The notes under the pieces were generated by a model that worked only from the letters and a program-made list of their open reading frames with translations, was not told the DNA's origin and made no database searches. Of a stretch of DNA of 64,000 bases, positions 10,269 through 20,044 are shown piece after piece (the stretch's first letter is position 1; each line of letters begins with the position of its first letter). The stretch covers positions 384,001-448,000 of the forward strand of contig CAWJSJ010000001.1 of NCBI GenBank assembly GCA_963845565.1. The letters are read 5' to 3'. Made by a program: the position numbers and the translations under genes. The DNA comes from an uncultured Methylomirabilota bacterium. GTDB lineage: Bacteria > Methylomirabilota > Methylomirabilia > Methylomirabilales > 2-02-FULL-66-22.

Positions 10269-11403
10269 TCGGCTTGTCCCGCCTCTGGCCGAGCACCTCT
10301 CGGTAGTACGCCTCGTAGCGGGGCACGATCAGCGTTGTGTCGAACTGCTCCACGGCGCGCCGGCGGGCGGCCGCGCGGAACTCGGCGTGGCGCGACGCGT
10401 CGGTGAGGAGCGCAAGCGCCGCCGCGGCCATGCCGTCCACATCGCCCACGGGGAGAAGAAAACCGCTCTTGCCGTCCTCGACGACTTCCGGCACGCCACC
10501 CACGGCGGTCGCGATCACGGGGGTGCCGCAGCTCAAGCCCTCCAGCGCCGCCAGGCCGAATGCCTCGTCGGCGCTCGGGAGCAGGGTGAGGTCCGCTACG
10601 GCGAGGAGCGTTTCCACGTCGTCCTGTTTTCCCAGGAAGATGACGTCCGGCTTGACGCCCAAGGTCTCGGCCAGATGCAGGGCCTCCGGGCGATCCTGGC
10701 CGTCCCCGACGAGGAGGAGCCGCGCGGGCAGGGCGCCGCGGACCTTGGCGAACACTCGCACGGCATCGGGCGCGCGTTTCACGGCGCGGAAATTGGAGAG
10801 GTGGATCAGGATCCGCTCGCCGCGAGGCGCCAGGTGCTCCCGCAGGGTCGAATGCGGCGTGGGCCGGAAGCGCTGGGTGTCCACGAAGTTCGGGATCACG
10901 CGCATGGGGCGATCCAGATCGAACACCGCTCGAGTCTTGTCCAGCAGGTACTGAGAGACGCAGGTGACACCGTCGGATTGCTCCAGCGCAAAACGGGTCA
11001 TCGGGTAGAGGGAGCGGTCGTTGCCGACCAGGGTGATGTCGGTACCGTGTAGGGTGGTGACGATGCGCGGGGCATGGGCGCCCAGGATCGAGCGGGCCAG
11101 GAAGGCGGAGACGGCGTGGGGGATGGCGTAGTGCACGTGGAACAGATCCAGGCCCACCTGAGTCCCGACCTCGGACATCTTGGCCGCCAGCGCGATGGCG
11201 TAGGTGGAATGTTCCAGGAGGGGATAGCTCACCATCTCCACTTCGTGAAAGAAGATGCGGGCGTCGTAGTGCTGGAGGCGGAACGGCAACGAATAGCTGA
11301 TGAAGTGGATCTGGTGCCCGCGTTGAGCCATGGCCTTGCCCAGTTCGGTGGCCACGACGCCGCTCCCGCCATAGGTGGGATAGCAGGTGACGCCGATGTT
11401 CAT
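10261..11403 (-). CDS. bshA: N-acetyl-alpha-D-glucosaminyl L-malate synthase (GT4), bacillithiol synthesis
   Basis: IGVTCYPTYGGSGVVATELG, HVHYAIPHA, TTLHGTDITLVG, SNFRAVKR, EAFGLAALE; start set at MNIGV rather than the long ORF. Confidence 0.95.
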   Translation of the reverse strand: MNIGVTCYPTYGGSGVVATELGKAMAQRGHQIHFISYSLPFRLQHYDARIFFHEVEMVSYPLLEHSTYAIALAAKMSEVGTQVGLDLFHVHYAIPHAVSAFLARSILGAHAPRIVTTLHGTDITLVGNDRSLYPMTRFALEQSDGVTCVSQYLLDKTRAVFDLDRPMRVIPNFVDTQRFRPTPHSTLREHLAPRGERILIHLSNFRAVKRAPDAVRVFAKVRGALPARLLLVGDGQDRPEALHLAETLGVKPDVIFLGKQDDVETLLAVADLTLLPSADEAFGLAALEGLSCGTPVIATAVGGVPEVVEDGKSGFLLPVGDVDGMAAAALALLTDASRHAEFRAAARRRAVEQFDTTLIVPRYEAYYREVLGQRRDKPIS

Positions 11404-11417
11404 CGGAGGGCCTCCCA

Positions 11418-13088
11418 TCAGGGGGTTTCCGCCGGCGCATCCGGACGACCCAGGGTGCCGCCCGGGATGGTCACCAGCCGGTGGTCCCAGCCTGGGGAAT
11501 CGATGGACGCGCGCAGCGACGTCAGCAGGGTCGGTCCGTACTTCGCGAGAAACGGGAGGACGGGATAGACGCGTTCCTGGAGCTTTCCACCCGGCATGAG
11601 CGCGTCCCGGAGGCGGTGGAGCTGTTGCCGGGTATCCGCTTCCCGTCGCTTGAGCGCCTGGACGGCCTTTTTTTCGAGCTGGTCCAGGTGGCCCTTGACG
11701 TGCCCGCCGGTTTGCCCCGCCGTGGCCCGTAGCGTCGGGTCCACCCCGGCGACCGCCTCGCCCAGGCGCCGAAAGATCTCGTCCACTCCCTGCCGGGCTG
11801 CGGCCAGCGTCGCCCCCAGGTCGGGTGGCAGCTGCGCCCGCAGGAGGCGGCTGGCGAGCTGCTCCGGCTCTGCGGCGAGGTCCTGGAGGGATACCTGAAA
11901 GCGATCCAGGAGTTGGACGACCCGCGGGTCCAGCAGGCTCAGGCTGGCCCGGGGCACGATGGCAGGCATGGGGACGCCGAAGGCGGCATACACCGGTCGG
12001 AGCTGGGCGAAGTAGGTCAGCTCGCCCGGGCCGGCGACGTAGGCCAGCGTGGGGAACAGTGTATCCTGCACCACGGGGCGAAGCGCCACGTTGGGGCTGA
12101 ACTGTTCGGGGGCCTCCTGGACCATCCGGAGGAGAGCCGCCGGGGCGATCACCGCGCCGGTGTCTCGCAGCCGGAACCCCGCCGGATCTCGGACCAGCGG
12201 GCGGCGACCCTCGGCAAGAAGGAAGCAATTCACCCCGTCGGGCCGCGCCTCGATCTGCGTCGGGTATCCCTGGGCGCGCAGGGCGCGGCTCACCTCCAGG
12301 ATGGCTGCGGAGGTCCCCGGGGCCTCCTCCACCTCGCGCCGGAAGATTCCGGCGGCCAGTCGTTTCAGGCCGTGGTCGGCCGCGTCCACCAGGACCAGGC
12401 CGGTCTCTCCGAGGAGGGAGGTCATCCAGCACGCGAATGCCTCGGCGAGGGTTCGCTCGGGGGCATAGGCCTGCGCGAGGGCGTCACGCAACGGGCCGCT
12501 GAATTCGGTGGCGGGCAGCGACTCCCACAGGCGCGCCAGCGTGTCTTGGATGGCGGGTCCAAGGCGGAGGTTCGCGGGCATGAATCCACCCGGCGGCTCC
12601 CCCCAGGCGGTGTGCCGAATCTGGACCAGGTTGCCGCTCCGGTCCAGCACCTGCACGTGGTCCGCCTCGGCCACGTCGTGGTCCTCGGATGCCATCCAGA
12701 AGAGCGGAACGACGGGGCGGTGCAGCGCACGCTCCAGGTCCGCCGCAAGCGCGACGGCGGTGAGCGCCTTGTACAGGGTGAAGAGCGGACCGCCGAAGAG
12801 CCCCGTTTGTTGCCCTGTGAGCACCGCCAACCCCTGAGGTGCACACAGTTCGTCGATCCGCCGCCGTGCGATGGGCGGCGCACCCCAGGCTGCCTGTTGC
12901 GCCAACAGGACGTCGCGCAGCTCGGTGCGGCGATACTCCCGCTCGCTGCAGACCTTTGCCAGCGCGGCATAGGTTCCGTTGGCGTGGGGATTCTGGGCAA
13001 AAAAAGAGGATACGCGGTCGAAATGGTGGACATAATCTCGGACCAGCGGGGAACATCCCGGCATATCCTTGATGTTTAGTCGGGTCAT
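11418..13088 (-). CDS. bshC: Bacillithiol biosynthesis cysteine-adding enzyme
   Basis: TGQQTGLFGGPLFTLYKAL, FWMASEDHD, FSPNVALRP, YVAGPGELTYFAQL, LQER; adjacent to bshA. Confidence 0.95.
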   Translation of the reverse strand: MTRLNIKDMPGCSPLVRDYVHHFDRVSSFFAQNPHANGTYAALAKVCSEREYRRTELRDVLLAQQAAWGAPPIARRRIDELCAPQGLAVLTGQQTGLFGGPLFTLYKALTAVALAADLERALHRPVVPLFWMASEDHDVAEADHVQVLDRSGNLVQIRHTAWGEPPGGFMPANLRLGPAIQDTLARLWESLPATEFSGPLRDALAQAYAPERTLAEAFACWMTSLLGETGLVLVDAADHGLKRLAAGIFRREVEEAPGTSAAILEVSRALRAQGYPTQIEARPDGVNCFLLAEGRRPLVRDPAGFRLRDTGAVIAPAALLRMVQEAPEQFSPNVALRPVVQDTLFPTLAYVAGPGELTYFAQLRPVYAAFGVPMPAIVPRASLSLLDPRVVQLLDRFQVSLQDLAAEPEQLASRLLRAQLPPDLGATLAAARQGVDEIFRRLGEAVAGVDPTLRATAGQTGGHVKGHLDQLEKKAVQALKRREADTRQQLHRLRDALMPGGKLQERVYPVLPFLAKYGPTLLTSLRASIDSPGWDHRLVTIPGGTLGRPDAPAETP

Positions 13089-13314
13089 GAGCCGTCCTTC
13101 GCTTTAGCCGATCGGGACGCGACGTCCCTCGAGTTGTCCTCGCCCGTGCGGATGGAGGAACTATTTTCCGCCGGCCAGGTCTTATCAGGATATGATGCTT
13201 GGCATGCCGTGGTCAAGTCGGCAAACATCGTCACCGGGCGACGTGCTGGACAGGCGGTTGGGGGGGCCAATGGCGGCAGGACCCGGCAACCATGAGACCT
13301 GGCGAGGGTTTTGC

Positions 13315-13344
13315 TTGACGGTGGTTTCCTACATTTGCTATAAA
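13315..13344 (+). promoter_or_regulatory. Candidate sigma-70 promoter of the tol operon
   Basis: TTGACG-N18-TATAAA with extended -10 (TGCTATAAA). Confidence 0.5.
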
Positions 13345-13364
13345 AACCCGATGGGTCTACACCG

Positions 13365-14081
13365 ATGAACGCATTGAGTCTCATTCTGCAAGCCGGCATC
13401 GTCGCCAAGGGTGTCCTGGGCGTCCTGTTGGTATTTTCCCTGGCCTCCTGGACTATCATCTTCCTCAAGATCAGAGCGCTCGGGCGCGTCGATCGGCAGG
13501 ATGAGCGCCTCTGGAAGCTGTTTCGCGAGGGGAAACAGCTTGCCACGGTGTACGAGGATTCGCGCCGATTTTCGCACAGCCCACTGGCGTCTCTCTTCCG
13601 GGAAGGTTACCGCGAGCTCAGCTTGGCCTTGAAAGGCAATCCCGGTTCGGGTGGACAACCCGGCGGCGAAGCGGCGGTGAAGCCGCTGGATATGTCCCCA
13701 GACAACCTCCTGGCGAGGCTGGGGCGGACGCTGCGGCACGCCAGTCTGCGCGAGATTGCGGGGCTGGAGCGGTCTCTGATTTTCCTGGCGACGACGGGAA
13801 ACATCACCCCCTTCATCGGGCTGTTCGGGACGGTCTGGGGGATCATGGATGCCTTCCACGGCATCGCGATGACGGGGTCCGCCAATCTCGGGGCGGTGGC
13901 ACCGGGCATCGCCGAAGCGCTCATCACCACGGCGGCCGGCCTGGCCGTGGCCATCCCCGGCGTGATCGCGTACAACTACTTCCTCAACCGGATCAAGGGC
14001 GCCGCGACACGGATGGACCTGTTCGGGCTGGAGTTTCTCGGGACGGCGGAACGGATCATCCACCGAGCCGGTCGAACCTAG
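13365..14081 (+). CDS. tolQ: TolQ (MotA/TolQ/ExbB family)
   Basis: LATTGNITPFIGLFGTVWGIM, VAPGIAEALITTAAGLAVAIP; tolQRAB context. Confidence 0.92.
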   Translation: MNALSLILQAGIVAKGVLGVLLVFSLASWTIIFLKIRALGRVDRQDERLWKLFREGKQLATVYEDSRRFSHSPLASLFREGYRELSLALKGNPGSGGQPGGEAAVKPLDMSPDNLLARLGRTLRHASLREIAGLERSLIFLATTGNITPFIGLFGTVWGIMDAFHGIAMTGSANLGAVAPGIAEALITTAAGLAVAIPGVIAYNYFLNRIKGAATRMDLFGLEFLGTAERIIHRAGRT

Positions 14082-14118
14082 TTTGGCGCCGCGCCTCCTG
14101 GCGCGGTCCGAGGCCGAA

Positions 14119-14553
14119 ATGGCAGCGAAACCCATGGACATCGGGGGCGAGACCCGGCTGGGTCCGGCCCTGGCGGAGATCAACATCACGCCGTTCGTGG
14201 ACGTGGTGTTGGTGCTCCTGGTGATCTTTCTGATCACGGCCCCCATGATGTTGGGCGGGATCGACGTCCGGGTTCCGAAGACGGAGACGCGCACCTCGCA
14301 GCCTGAGGAGCGGCTCGTTCTCACGGTGACCAGAGATCGCGGCGTCTACCTGGAGAACCAAGCCATCAGCCTGGATCGGCTGTCCAAAGTCCTGAACGGC
14401 ATGGTTCAGCGAAACCCCAAGGCGTCGGTCTTCCTCAAGGCAGATGAGGCGGTGGCCTACGGGGCGGTCATGAAGGTCATGGATGTGATCAAGAAGGCCG
14501 GGATCGATCGGGTCGGCATGGTGACAGAACCGGTCGGCCCGGGCGGGAGATGA
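14119..14553 (+). CDS. tolR: TolR (ExbD/TolR family)
   Basis: EINITPFVDVVLVLLVIFLITAP, LKADEAVAYG. Confidence 0.92.
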   Translation: MAAKPMDIGGETRLGPALAEINITPFVDVVLVLLVIFLITAPMMLGGIDVRVPKTETRTSQPEERLVLTVTRDRGVYLENQAISLDRLSKVLNGMVQRNPKASVFLKADEAVAYGAVMKVMDVIKKAGIDRVGMVTEPVGPGGR

Positions 14554-14560
14554 TGCGGCC

Positions 14561-15427
14561 ATGACGGCGTCGGCCGACCGGCTGGTGACGTCCGGTCCGC
14601 GCCCAACCGAACTGTGGCTGACCCTCGGCCTATCGATTCTGCTCCACGGGTTACTCACGGTGGCGGTCGTGTTCGTGCCGCGGTTCCACGGCGGCACCTA
14701 CTTGACCGTGCCGGTGAGTTATGAGGTCAATCTGGTTTCGACGGCGCCGGGCGGCCGCGCCGGAGGATCCGCCCCGGCTGCCAGACCAGCGACGCCCCCT
14801 CTGGCCCCCCAAGCGCCGCCGGTCTCAGCGCCACGAGCGATTCCAGCGCCACCGCCGGCTGCCCGGCCGAGCGAGGAACTGACGCTTCCCGGGAAACGGC
14901 CGCTGAAGCAGACCCCGACGGAGGTCGAGCCCTCCTTGCGCCCCCCGCCCGCGACCGGAAGAGACGTCCGTCGGCCCGCGCCCGTGGAAGCGAGGCCGCA
15001 GGGACCGACCGGGCCGACACCGAGTCCCGTGGTCGCCTCGGCGGGACCCGCGACGGCTCCGGCCGCGACGACGGCCACCGGTTCCGGGAAGGGGAGCGGC
15101 GTAGAATTGGCCGGTGGGGAAAAGGGCGACGGCTCCGGGGGGTCGGCGCTCGGCTACTACCTCGGCTTGGTGGACTACAAGATCAGTGGAAACTGGGTCC
15201 CGGTCGGGACCGGAGCGGCGCGCGACATGGTCGTCGTGATCCGGTTCCGGGTCCTGCGTTCGGGTGTTGTCCGGGATGTGGAACTGGAGACCACCTCCGG
15301 GGACGCGGGCATGGACAACGCTGCGCTGCGTGCGGTCCGGCAGAGTGTGCCGTTGCCGCCGTTTCCGAATCTGCTCACTGAACCCTCTCTGAACTTGCGG
15401 TACCGTTTTGTGATGGAGCGTGGATAA
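14561..15427 (+). CDS. tolA: TolA/TonB-like protein
   Basis: N-terminal TM with SILLH motif, Pro/Ala-rich linker, TonB_C-like C-terminus; sits between tolR and tolB. Confidence 0.8.
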   Translation: MTASADRLVTSGPRPTELWLTLGLSILLHGLLTVAVVFVPRFHGGTYLTVPVSYEVNLVSTAPGGRAGGSAPAARPATPPLAPQAPPVSAPRAIPAPPPAARPSEELTLPGKRPLKQTPTEVEPSLRPPPATGRDVRRPAPVEARPQGPTGPTPSPVVASAGPATAPAATTATGSGKGSGVELAGGEKGDGSGGSALGYYLGLVDYKISGNWVPVGTGAARDMVVVIRFRVLRSGVVRDVELETTSGDAGMDNAALRAVRQSVPLPPFPNLLTEPSLNLRYRFVMERG

Positions 15428-16722
15428 TGTGGAGACTTCACTGGATCGCCCTGGCGGCGATCGGTTGTGCGATTCTGGCGTCTGGCGCTCAAGCTCAGGT
15501 GATTGATCGAGAACTGCGGGAGCGGGTCGCCCCCAAGTTCACGATCGCCCTCGGGGGTTTCGCGTCCTTCACCTTGAACGGGGAGGAACTGGGGAAGGTC
15601 GGGGCGTCGGTTCTGGCGAGTGACCTCAAGTTCTCGACGATCTTCGACGTCATGGAGGGGTCCATCCTTCCGTTCGATCCCGCCACCATCCAGCCGGACC
15701 AGGAGCGGGTGGCGCTGCCGGGTTTGGCGGCGCTGAAGGTGCAGCATCTGGCGGTCGGGTATCTGTCCAGCCGGGGTCGCGAGGCCGTGCTGGAGGGGCG
15801 CCTGTTCGACGTATCGTCCGGGAACATGGTGTTCGGGAAGCGGTATATCGGCGACGCCAAGTTCTTCCGGCTGATCGTGCACCGGTTTGCCGACGATATC
15901 ATGTTCAATCTCACCGGGGAAAAGGGGGTGGCCCAGACCCGGATCGCCTTCGTCTCGGGGACGAGCCGGACCGCCAAGGAACTGTACGTCATCGACTACG
16001 ACGGGGCGAGCCCGTCGCCGATCACCGGGAACCAGTCCATCAACCTCTCGCCGCGCTGGTCTCCGGACGGGCGGCTCATCGCGTACACGTCGTACCGGAA
16101 CGGCAATCCCGATCTGTACCTGCTGAATTTCGACAGCGGGCGACGGGATGTCCTGTCCCAACAGCGGGGGCTGAACGCCACACCCGGCTGGTCGCCGGAT
16201 GGTCAATGGCTCGCGGTCGCGATGAGTGCGGGTGGGGGGACCAATCTGTTCCTCATGTCGAAAAACGGGGGGACGCCGAAGCCGTTAACAACCGGACCCG
16301 CCATCTCAGTATCCCCGTCTTTTTCGCCCAACGGGCGACAGATCGTCTTCAACTCGGATCGGGGGGGGACGCCGCAGGTCTACGTCATGGACGTGGACGG
16401 TTCCAACCTGCGCCGGGTGACCTTCCAGGGATCCTACAACGCCTCCCCGCGCTGGTCGCCGCGCGGCGAGAAGATCGCGTTCATGTGCCGGGCCGGCGGA
16501 AATCAGATTTGCCTGGCCAACCCCGACGGCTCCGGCATTCAGCAGTTGACCTCGGCCGGGAACAATGAGGAGCCGACTTGGTCCCCCAACGGGCGGCACA
16601 TCGTATTCACCTCGACCCGCGCGGGTCAGCGGGACCTCTTCGTGATGCACGCGGATGGCTCAGAGCAGCGCCGGCTGACGAACAACGGACGGGAGAATTA
16701 CCTGGCGGATTGGGGGCCGTAG
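15427..16722 (+). CDS. tolB: Tol-Pal beta-propeller protein TolB
   Basis: Signal peptide, HRFADDI..LTGEKG..TRIAFV, repeated PD40 motifs (PRWSPDG, PSFSPNG). Confidence 0.93.
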   Translation: MWRLHWIALAAIGCAILASGAQAQVIDRELRERVAPKFTIALGGFASFTLNGEELGKVGASVLASDLKFSTIFDVMEGSILPFDPATIQPDQERVALPGLAALKVQHLAVGYLSSRGREAVLEGRLFDVSSGNMVFGKRYIGDAKFFRLIVHRFADDIMFNLTGEKGVAQTRIAFVSGTSRTAKELYVIDYDGASPSPITGNQSINLSPRWSPDGRLIAYTSYRNGNPDLYLLNFDSGRRDVLSQQRGLNATPGWSPDGQWLAVAMSAGGGTNLFLMSKNGGTPKPLTTGPAISVSPSFSPNGRQIVFNSDRGGTPQVYVMDVDGSNLRRVTFQGSYNASPRWSPRGEKIAFMCRAGGNQICLANPDGSGIQQLTSAGNNEEPTWSPNGRHIVFTSTRAGQRDLFVMHADGSEQRRLTNNGRENYLADWGP

Positions 16723-16840
16723 GGACCGCCGTGCTCCACGAAAGAACGATCGGGACGGCGGCGCCCGGCGACAGTATTCGGAAAGGCGCTCCGAGATCTC
16801 GCATCCCGCGAGAGGTCGAGAGGGCCGCTCAGGAGGCAAC

Positions 16841-17944
16841 GTGGTGCTGGAGATGACGAGAATGGCCTGGGAACAGCGGCGCGGGACCTGGGTGCTTCTG
16901 GGCGCCCTGACGTTTCTGGCGGGCTGCGCGACCAATGAGGACATCCTGGCGATCCGGCGCGACATGCTGGCGCTCCGGACTGAGGTCGCGTCGCTCAGCA
17001 GAGCCAATCAGAGCTCGCGGGACTTCACCGAGGAACGGCTCCGGAAAGTGGAAGCGGACGTGCGGGGCCGCGTCGAGTCGTCGGCCAAGGAGAGCGAGGG
17101 GTCGCGGGTCGCCCTGAACCAGCGGCTGGAGGAACTGACCACAGAGACGCGGTTTGCGCAAGGGAAGATGGAGGAGAGCGCCTCGGTCTTGCGGGACCTC
17201 CAAACCCGGATCGACGAGGTGGATCAGCGGGGTCGCCAAACCAATCAACGGATCGAGGCGATGGACCAGCAGGTGAAGCTCCAAGCGGCGCGGTTGCAGG
17301 CGGTGGAGCAACCAAGACCGCCGACGCCGCCACCAGCAGTCGCCCAGCCCGGACCAGCAGTTCCACCGGGAACAACGGCACCGGCCCCCGGCCAGCCCCC
17401 CGTGGCGGCAGCCCCGGCGGTACCGACAGCGCCGGCCGCACCGACAGCACCGGTTGCACCACCCGCGCCACCCGCGCCCCAACCCCCGGCGGCTCCCGCC
17501 CCGCCCCCGCCGCCCGCCGCCCCGGCGGCTCCTGTGCCGGCCCCACCGGCGGCTCGGCCGCAGCCGACGCTCCCGCCCGAGGATCTCTATAAGGCGGCCC
17601 TGAGCGACTACACGAAGGGCGATTACGACCTGGCCATCACCGGGTTCCGGACCTATGTCAAGGCGTATCCGCGGACCAGCCTGACCCCCAACGCCCAGTA
17701 TTGGCTTGGAGAGTGCTTTTTCAGCCAAAAGAACTATGCGCAGGCGGTCGAGGAATTCGACGTGGTGGTCCGTGAGTATCCGGACAACCCGAAGGTGCCG
17801 AGCGCCCTCTTCAAGCAAGGGGAGGCCTACTTGCAGATGGGGGACACCAAGCAGGCGACCACCGCCCTGTGCGAGTTGATCGCGAAACACGGCAAGACCC
17901 GCGAGGCGCGACTGGCGCGCGACAAGAACGTGCGCTGTCGCTGA
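16841..17944 (+). CDS. cpoB: Tol-Pal coordinator CpoB/YbgF; predicted lipoprotein with Pro/Ala linker and TPR domain
   Basis: Lipobox FLAGC, coiled coil, long PA linker, TPR with NAQYWLGE and KVPSALFK. Confidence 0.85.
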   Translation: MVLEMTRMAWEQRRGTWVLLGALTFLAGCATNEDILAIRRDMLALRTEVASLSRANQSSRDFTEERLRKVEADVRGRVESSAKESEGSRVALNQRLEELTTETRFAQGKMEESASVLRDLQTRIDEVDQRGRQTNQRIEAMDQQVKLQAARLQAVEQPRPPTPPPAVAQPGPAVPPGTTAPAPGQPPVAAAPAVPTAPAAPTAPVAPPAPPAPQPPAAPAPPPPPAAPAAPVPAPPAARPQPTLPPEDLYKAALSDYTKGDYDLAITGFRTYVKAYPRTSLTPNAQYWLGECFFSQKNYAQAVEEFDVVVREYPDNPKVPSALFKQGEAYLQMGDTKQATTALCELIAKHGKTREARLARDKNVRCR

Positions 17945-17969
17945 GCGGGGCGGCCCGGGGAACGAAGAG

Positions 17970-18015
17970 AAAACCAACGGCGGCTCACTCGGTAGAGTGA
18001 GCCGCCGTTGGTTTT
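17970..18015. terminator. Bidirectional intrinsic terminator between cpoB and dnaA
   Basis: Perfect 21-bp inverted repeat AAAACCAACGGCGGCTCACTC-GGTA-GAGTGAGCCGCCGTTGGTTTT between convergent genes. Confidence 0.85.
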
Positions 18016-18053
18016 TGCGGCTGGGCGCGGCCCGCCGACCTTGCTATGGTCGC

Positions 18054-18158
18054 TACGCCGGTGTCACAGAATGACTTGGCCGGAGAAATCCCGGAAACGG
18101 CATGAGGAGCCGTACCGAAATTCCAGAAAATGGAGAAGGCACTTGGTAAGGGCGCCTA
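18054..18158 (+). repeat. Dispersed ~105-bp structured element, copy A (degenerate)
   Basis: Aligns with copies B-E (GCCGgTGTCAcAGAAT...CCGGAGAAAT..CGGAAACGGCATgAGGAGCCGTAcCGAAAT); its terminal CTA is the dnaA stop codon. Confidence 0.75.
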
Positions 18159-19511
18159 CGGCGACAGACGTACAAACAGGTCGTCCACTTGTTTCCGGAA
18201 CACTTCCTCGCCGGCGATTTTTCGTCTGACCTTCTCGCAGGCGTGAATCACGGTGGAGTGGTCCTTTCCGCCGAACCCGTCCCCGATATCGGGAAGCGAC
18301 GCCTTCACGATCTCCCGGCACAGGTACATGGCCACCTGGCGCGGGAGCACGATAGACTTGTTCCGGCCCCGCGACCGGAGGTCGTCCACACGCACGCCAA
18401 AGAACTCCGCGACCGCCCGCTGGATGGATGGGATCGTCGGCAGGCGCTGTTGCTCGGCGCTGAGCTCTTTCAGAACATCCTGGGCCAATTCCAGGCTGAT
18501 CTCCCGATGGGTGAACGAGGCTTGAGCGGCCAGGCGGACCAGCGACCCTTCCAGTTCCCGGATACTGGACTTCACGTGTTTGGCGATGAACAGTGAGACC
18601 TCGTCGGGGAGACGCACCCCCTGGGCCTGCGCCTTCTTCCGGAGGATGGCCGCCTTGGTCTCCAGGTCGGGCGCCTGGATGTCGGCGATCAGACCCCATT
18701 CGAACCGCGACCGGAGGCGTTCCTCCAGGGTCGGGATTTCGCGGGGCACCCGGTCGGAACTGATCACGATCTGCTTCGAGGAATCGTACAGGTCGTTGAA
18801 GGTATGGAAGAACTCCTCCTGGGTGCGCTCCTTTCCAGCGATGAACTGGATATCGTCGATCAAGAGCAGATCCAGGCTTCGGTACCGATTGCGGAACTCC
18901 ACGGTTGAATCGAATCGGATCGAATTGATGAGATCGTTGGTGAACTTCTCGGAGGAAACATACGAAACCCGGATCCGCGGATCCCGTTGCCGGGCATGAT
19001 GCCCGATGGCGTGAAGCAAGTGCGTCTTCCCGAGGCCCACACCCCCGTAAATGAAGAGCGGGTTGTACGTCTTGGCGAGCTGCTCGCCGACCGCCATACA
19101 CGCGGCGTGGGCGAACTGGTTGCTCGTGCCGACCACGAAGGAGTCGAAGGTGTATTTGGGATTCAACTGTGCCCCGGCATCTCGAGGACGGCGGGGCGCC
19201 CGTCGCTCGCTCGGCTCCTCTTGGCCCGCGGGGGTCGCTGCCGCGTCCTTTTCCGACAAGACCAGCCGGATCTCGACCTTGTTGAAAAGCAAGTCCTCGA
19301 GTGCCGATCGCAGGAGCCCCAGGTAGTGCTCCTCGAACCACTCCTTGAAGAACCGGTTCGGGAGGAGAATCTGGACGCGGTTTTCCTCGACCGTTCCCAG
19401 CGTCAGGGGGCGGAACCAGGCCTCGAAGCTCTGCCGGCTGATCCGGCCGCGAATGACTGCCAACGCCTCTTCCCAGACTTCCTGGACGTTCGCTGCTGCC
19501 GTGGCTTTCAT
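18156..19511 (-). CDS. dnaA: Chromosomal replication initiator DnaA
   Basis: LNPKYTFDSFVVG, YNPLFIYGGVGLGKTHL, LLIDDIQF, QEEFFHTFN, RLRSRFEWGL, FGGKDHSTVIHA. Confidence 0.99.
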   Translation of the reverse strand: MKATAAANVQEVWEEALAVIRGRISRQSFEAWFRPLTLGTVEENRVQILLPNRFFKEWFEEHYLGLLRSALEDLLFNKVEIRLVLSEKDAAATPAGQEEPSERRAPRRPRDAGAQLNPKYTFDSFVVGTSNQFAHAACMAVGEQLAKTYNPLFIYGGVGLGKTHLLHAIGHHARQRDPRIRVSYVSSEKFTNDLINSIRFDSTVEFRNRYRSLDLLLIDDIQFIAGKERTQEEFFHTFNDLYDSSKQIVISSDRVPREIPTLEERLRSRFEWGLIADIQAPDLETKAAILRKKAQAQGVRLPDEVSLFIAKHVKSSIRELEGSLVRLAAQASFTHREISLELAQDVLKELSAEQQRLPTIPSIQRAVAEFFGVRVDDLRSRGRNKSIVLPRQVAMYLCREIVKASLPDIGDGFGGKDHSTVIHACEKVRRKIAGEEVFRKQVDDLFVRLSP

Positions 19512-19900
19512 ACGGTGCGCCCTCCGAGCAACTTATCCACAGGCCATCCCACCGGGTAACTCTTTGGAATTCAAAGGCCGGTTTTTTGCGTGAGACCAGA
19601 AACCCGCTTCTGGGGCCATCAGGAAGTTATCCACATGTTTCTCCACAGGTGTGGATAACCGGAAATTCCGCTATTCCTTGGGTCTCCGGGGATTTCCCCA
19701 GTTTCGACAATCCTTGGATGATCACGAAATACTTGGAACATATTGAAAATAAAAGGTTTCCTGTAACGAATCTGCATGGGGACATCCTTTTAGCGCAGGC
19801 CTGTGCCAGTGTCAAGAACCATTTTTGAGATAATTTTTCCTCGTCGGTTCCCCTGTGGAAAAACGGCATTTCGGGCCGCGTGAGAGGGCATTTTCCTTGA
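19512..19900. promoter_or_regulatory. DnaA-box cluster, probable oriC and/or dnaA autoregulatory region
   Basis: TTATCCACA at 19533-19541 and 19627-19635, TGTGGATAA at 19650-19658, one-mismatch boxes at 19639-19647 and 19854-19862; AT-rich stretch ~19720-19840. Confidence 0.7.
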
Positions 19901-20044
19901 CCATTTGTCCCCCCTGCCGTATGAAAAGGAGTCCCTCCCAGGTCGGTGCCTGCCCCACGCCCGCGCCTCGGTAGCCGGTGTTGCGGGGGTGAGGTGCCCG
20001 ATAGCGGCCGGGAGAACCCGGATGACCGGAAAGGTGGAAGGCTT

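Noticed and set aside
10261..12432. 723-aa BshA with a long N-terminal extension; likewise extended FtsH (29216), NtrC (56098), spinster MFS (39690) and GlnK (61842)
   Set aside because: Extensions are low-complexity alternative-frame reads over neighbouring genes; family N-termini and RBSs lie at the downstream starts
17320..17580. Repetitive GC-rich DNA in cpoB (and tolA) as a repeat element
   Set aside because: Encodes Pro/Ala linkers in frame
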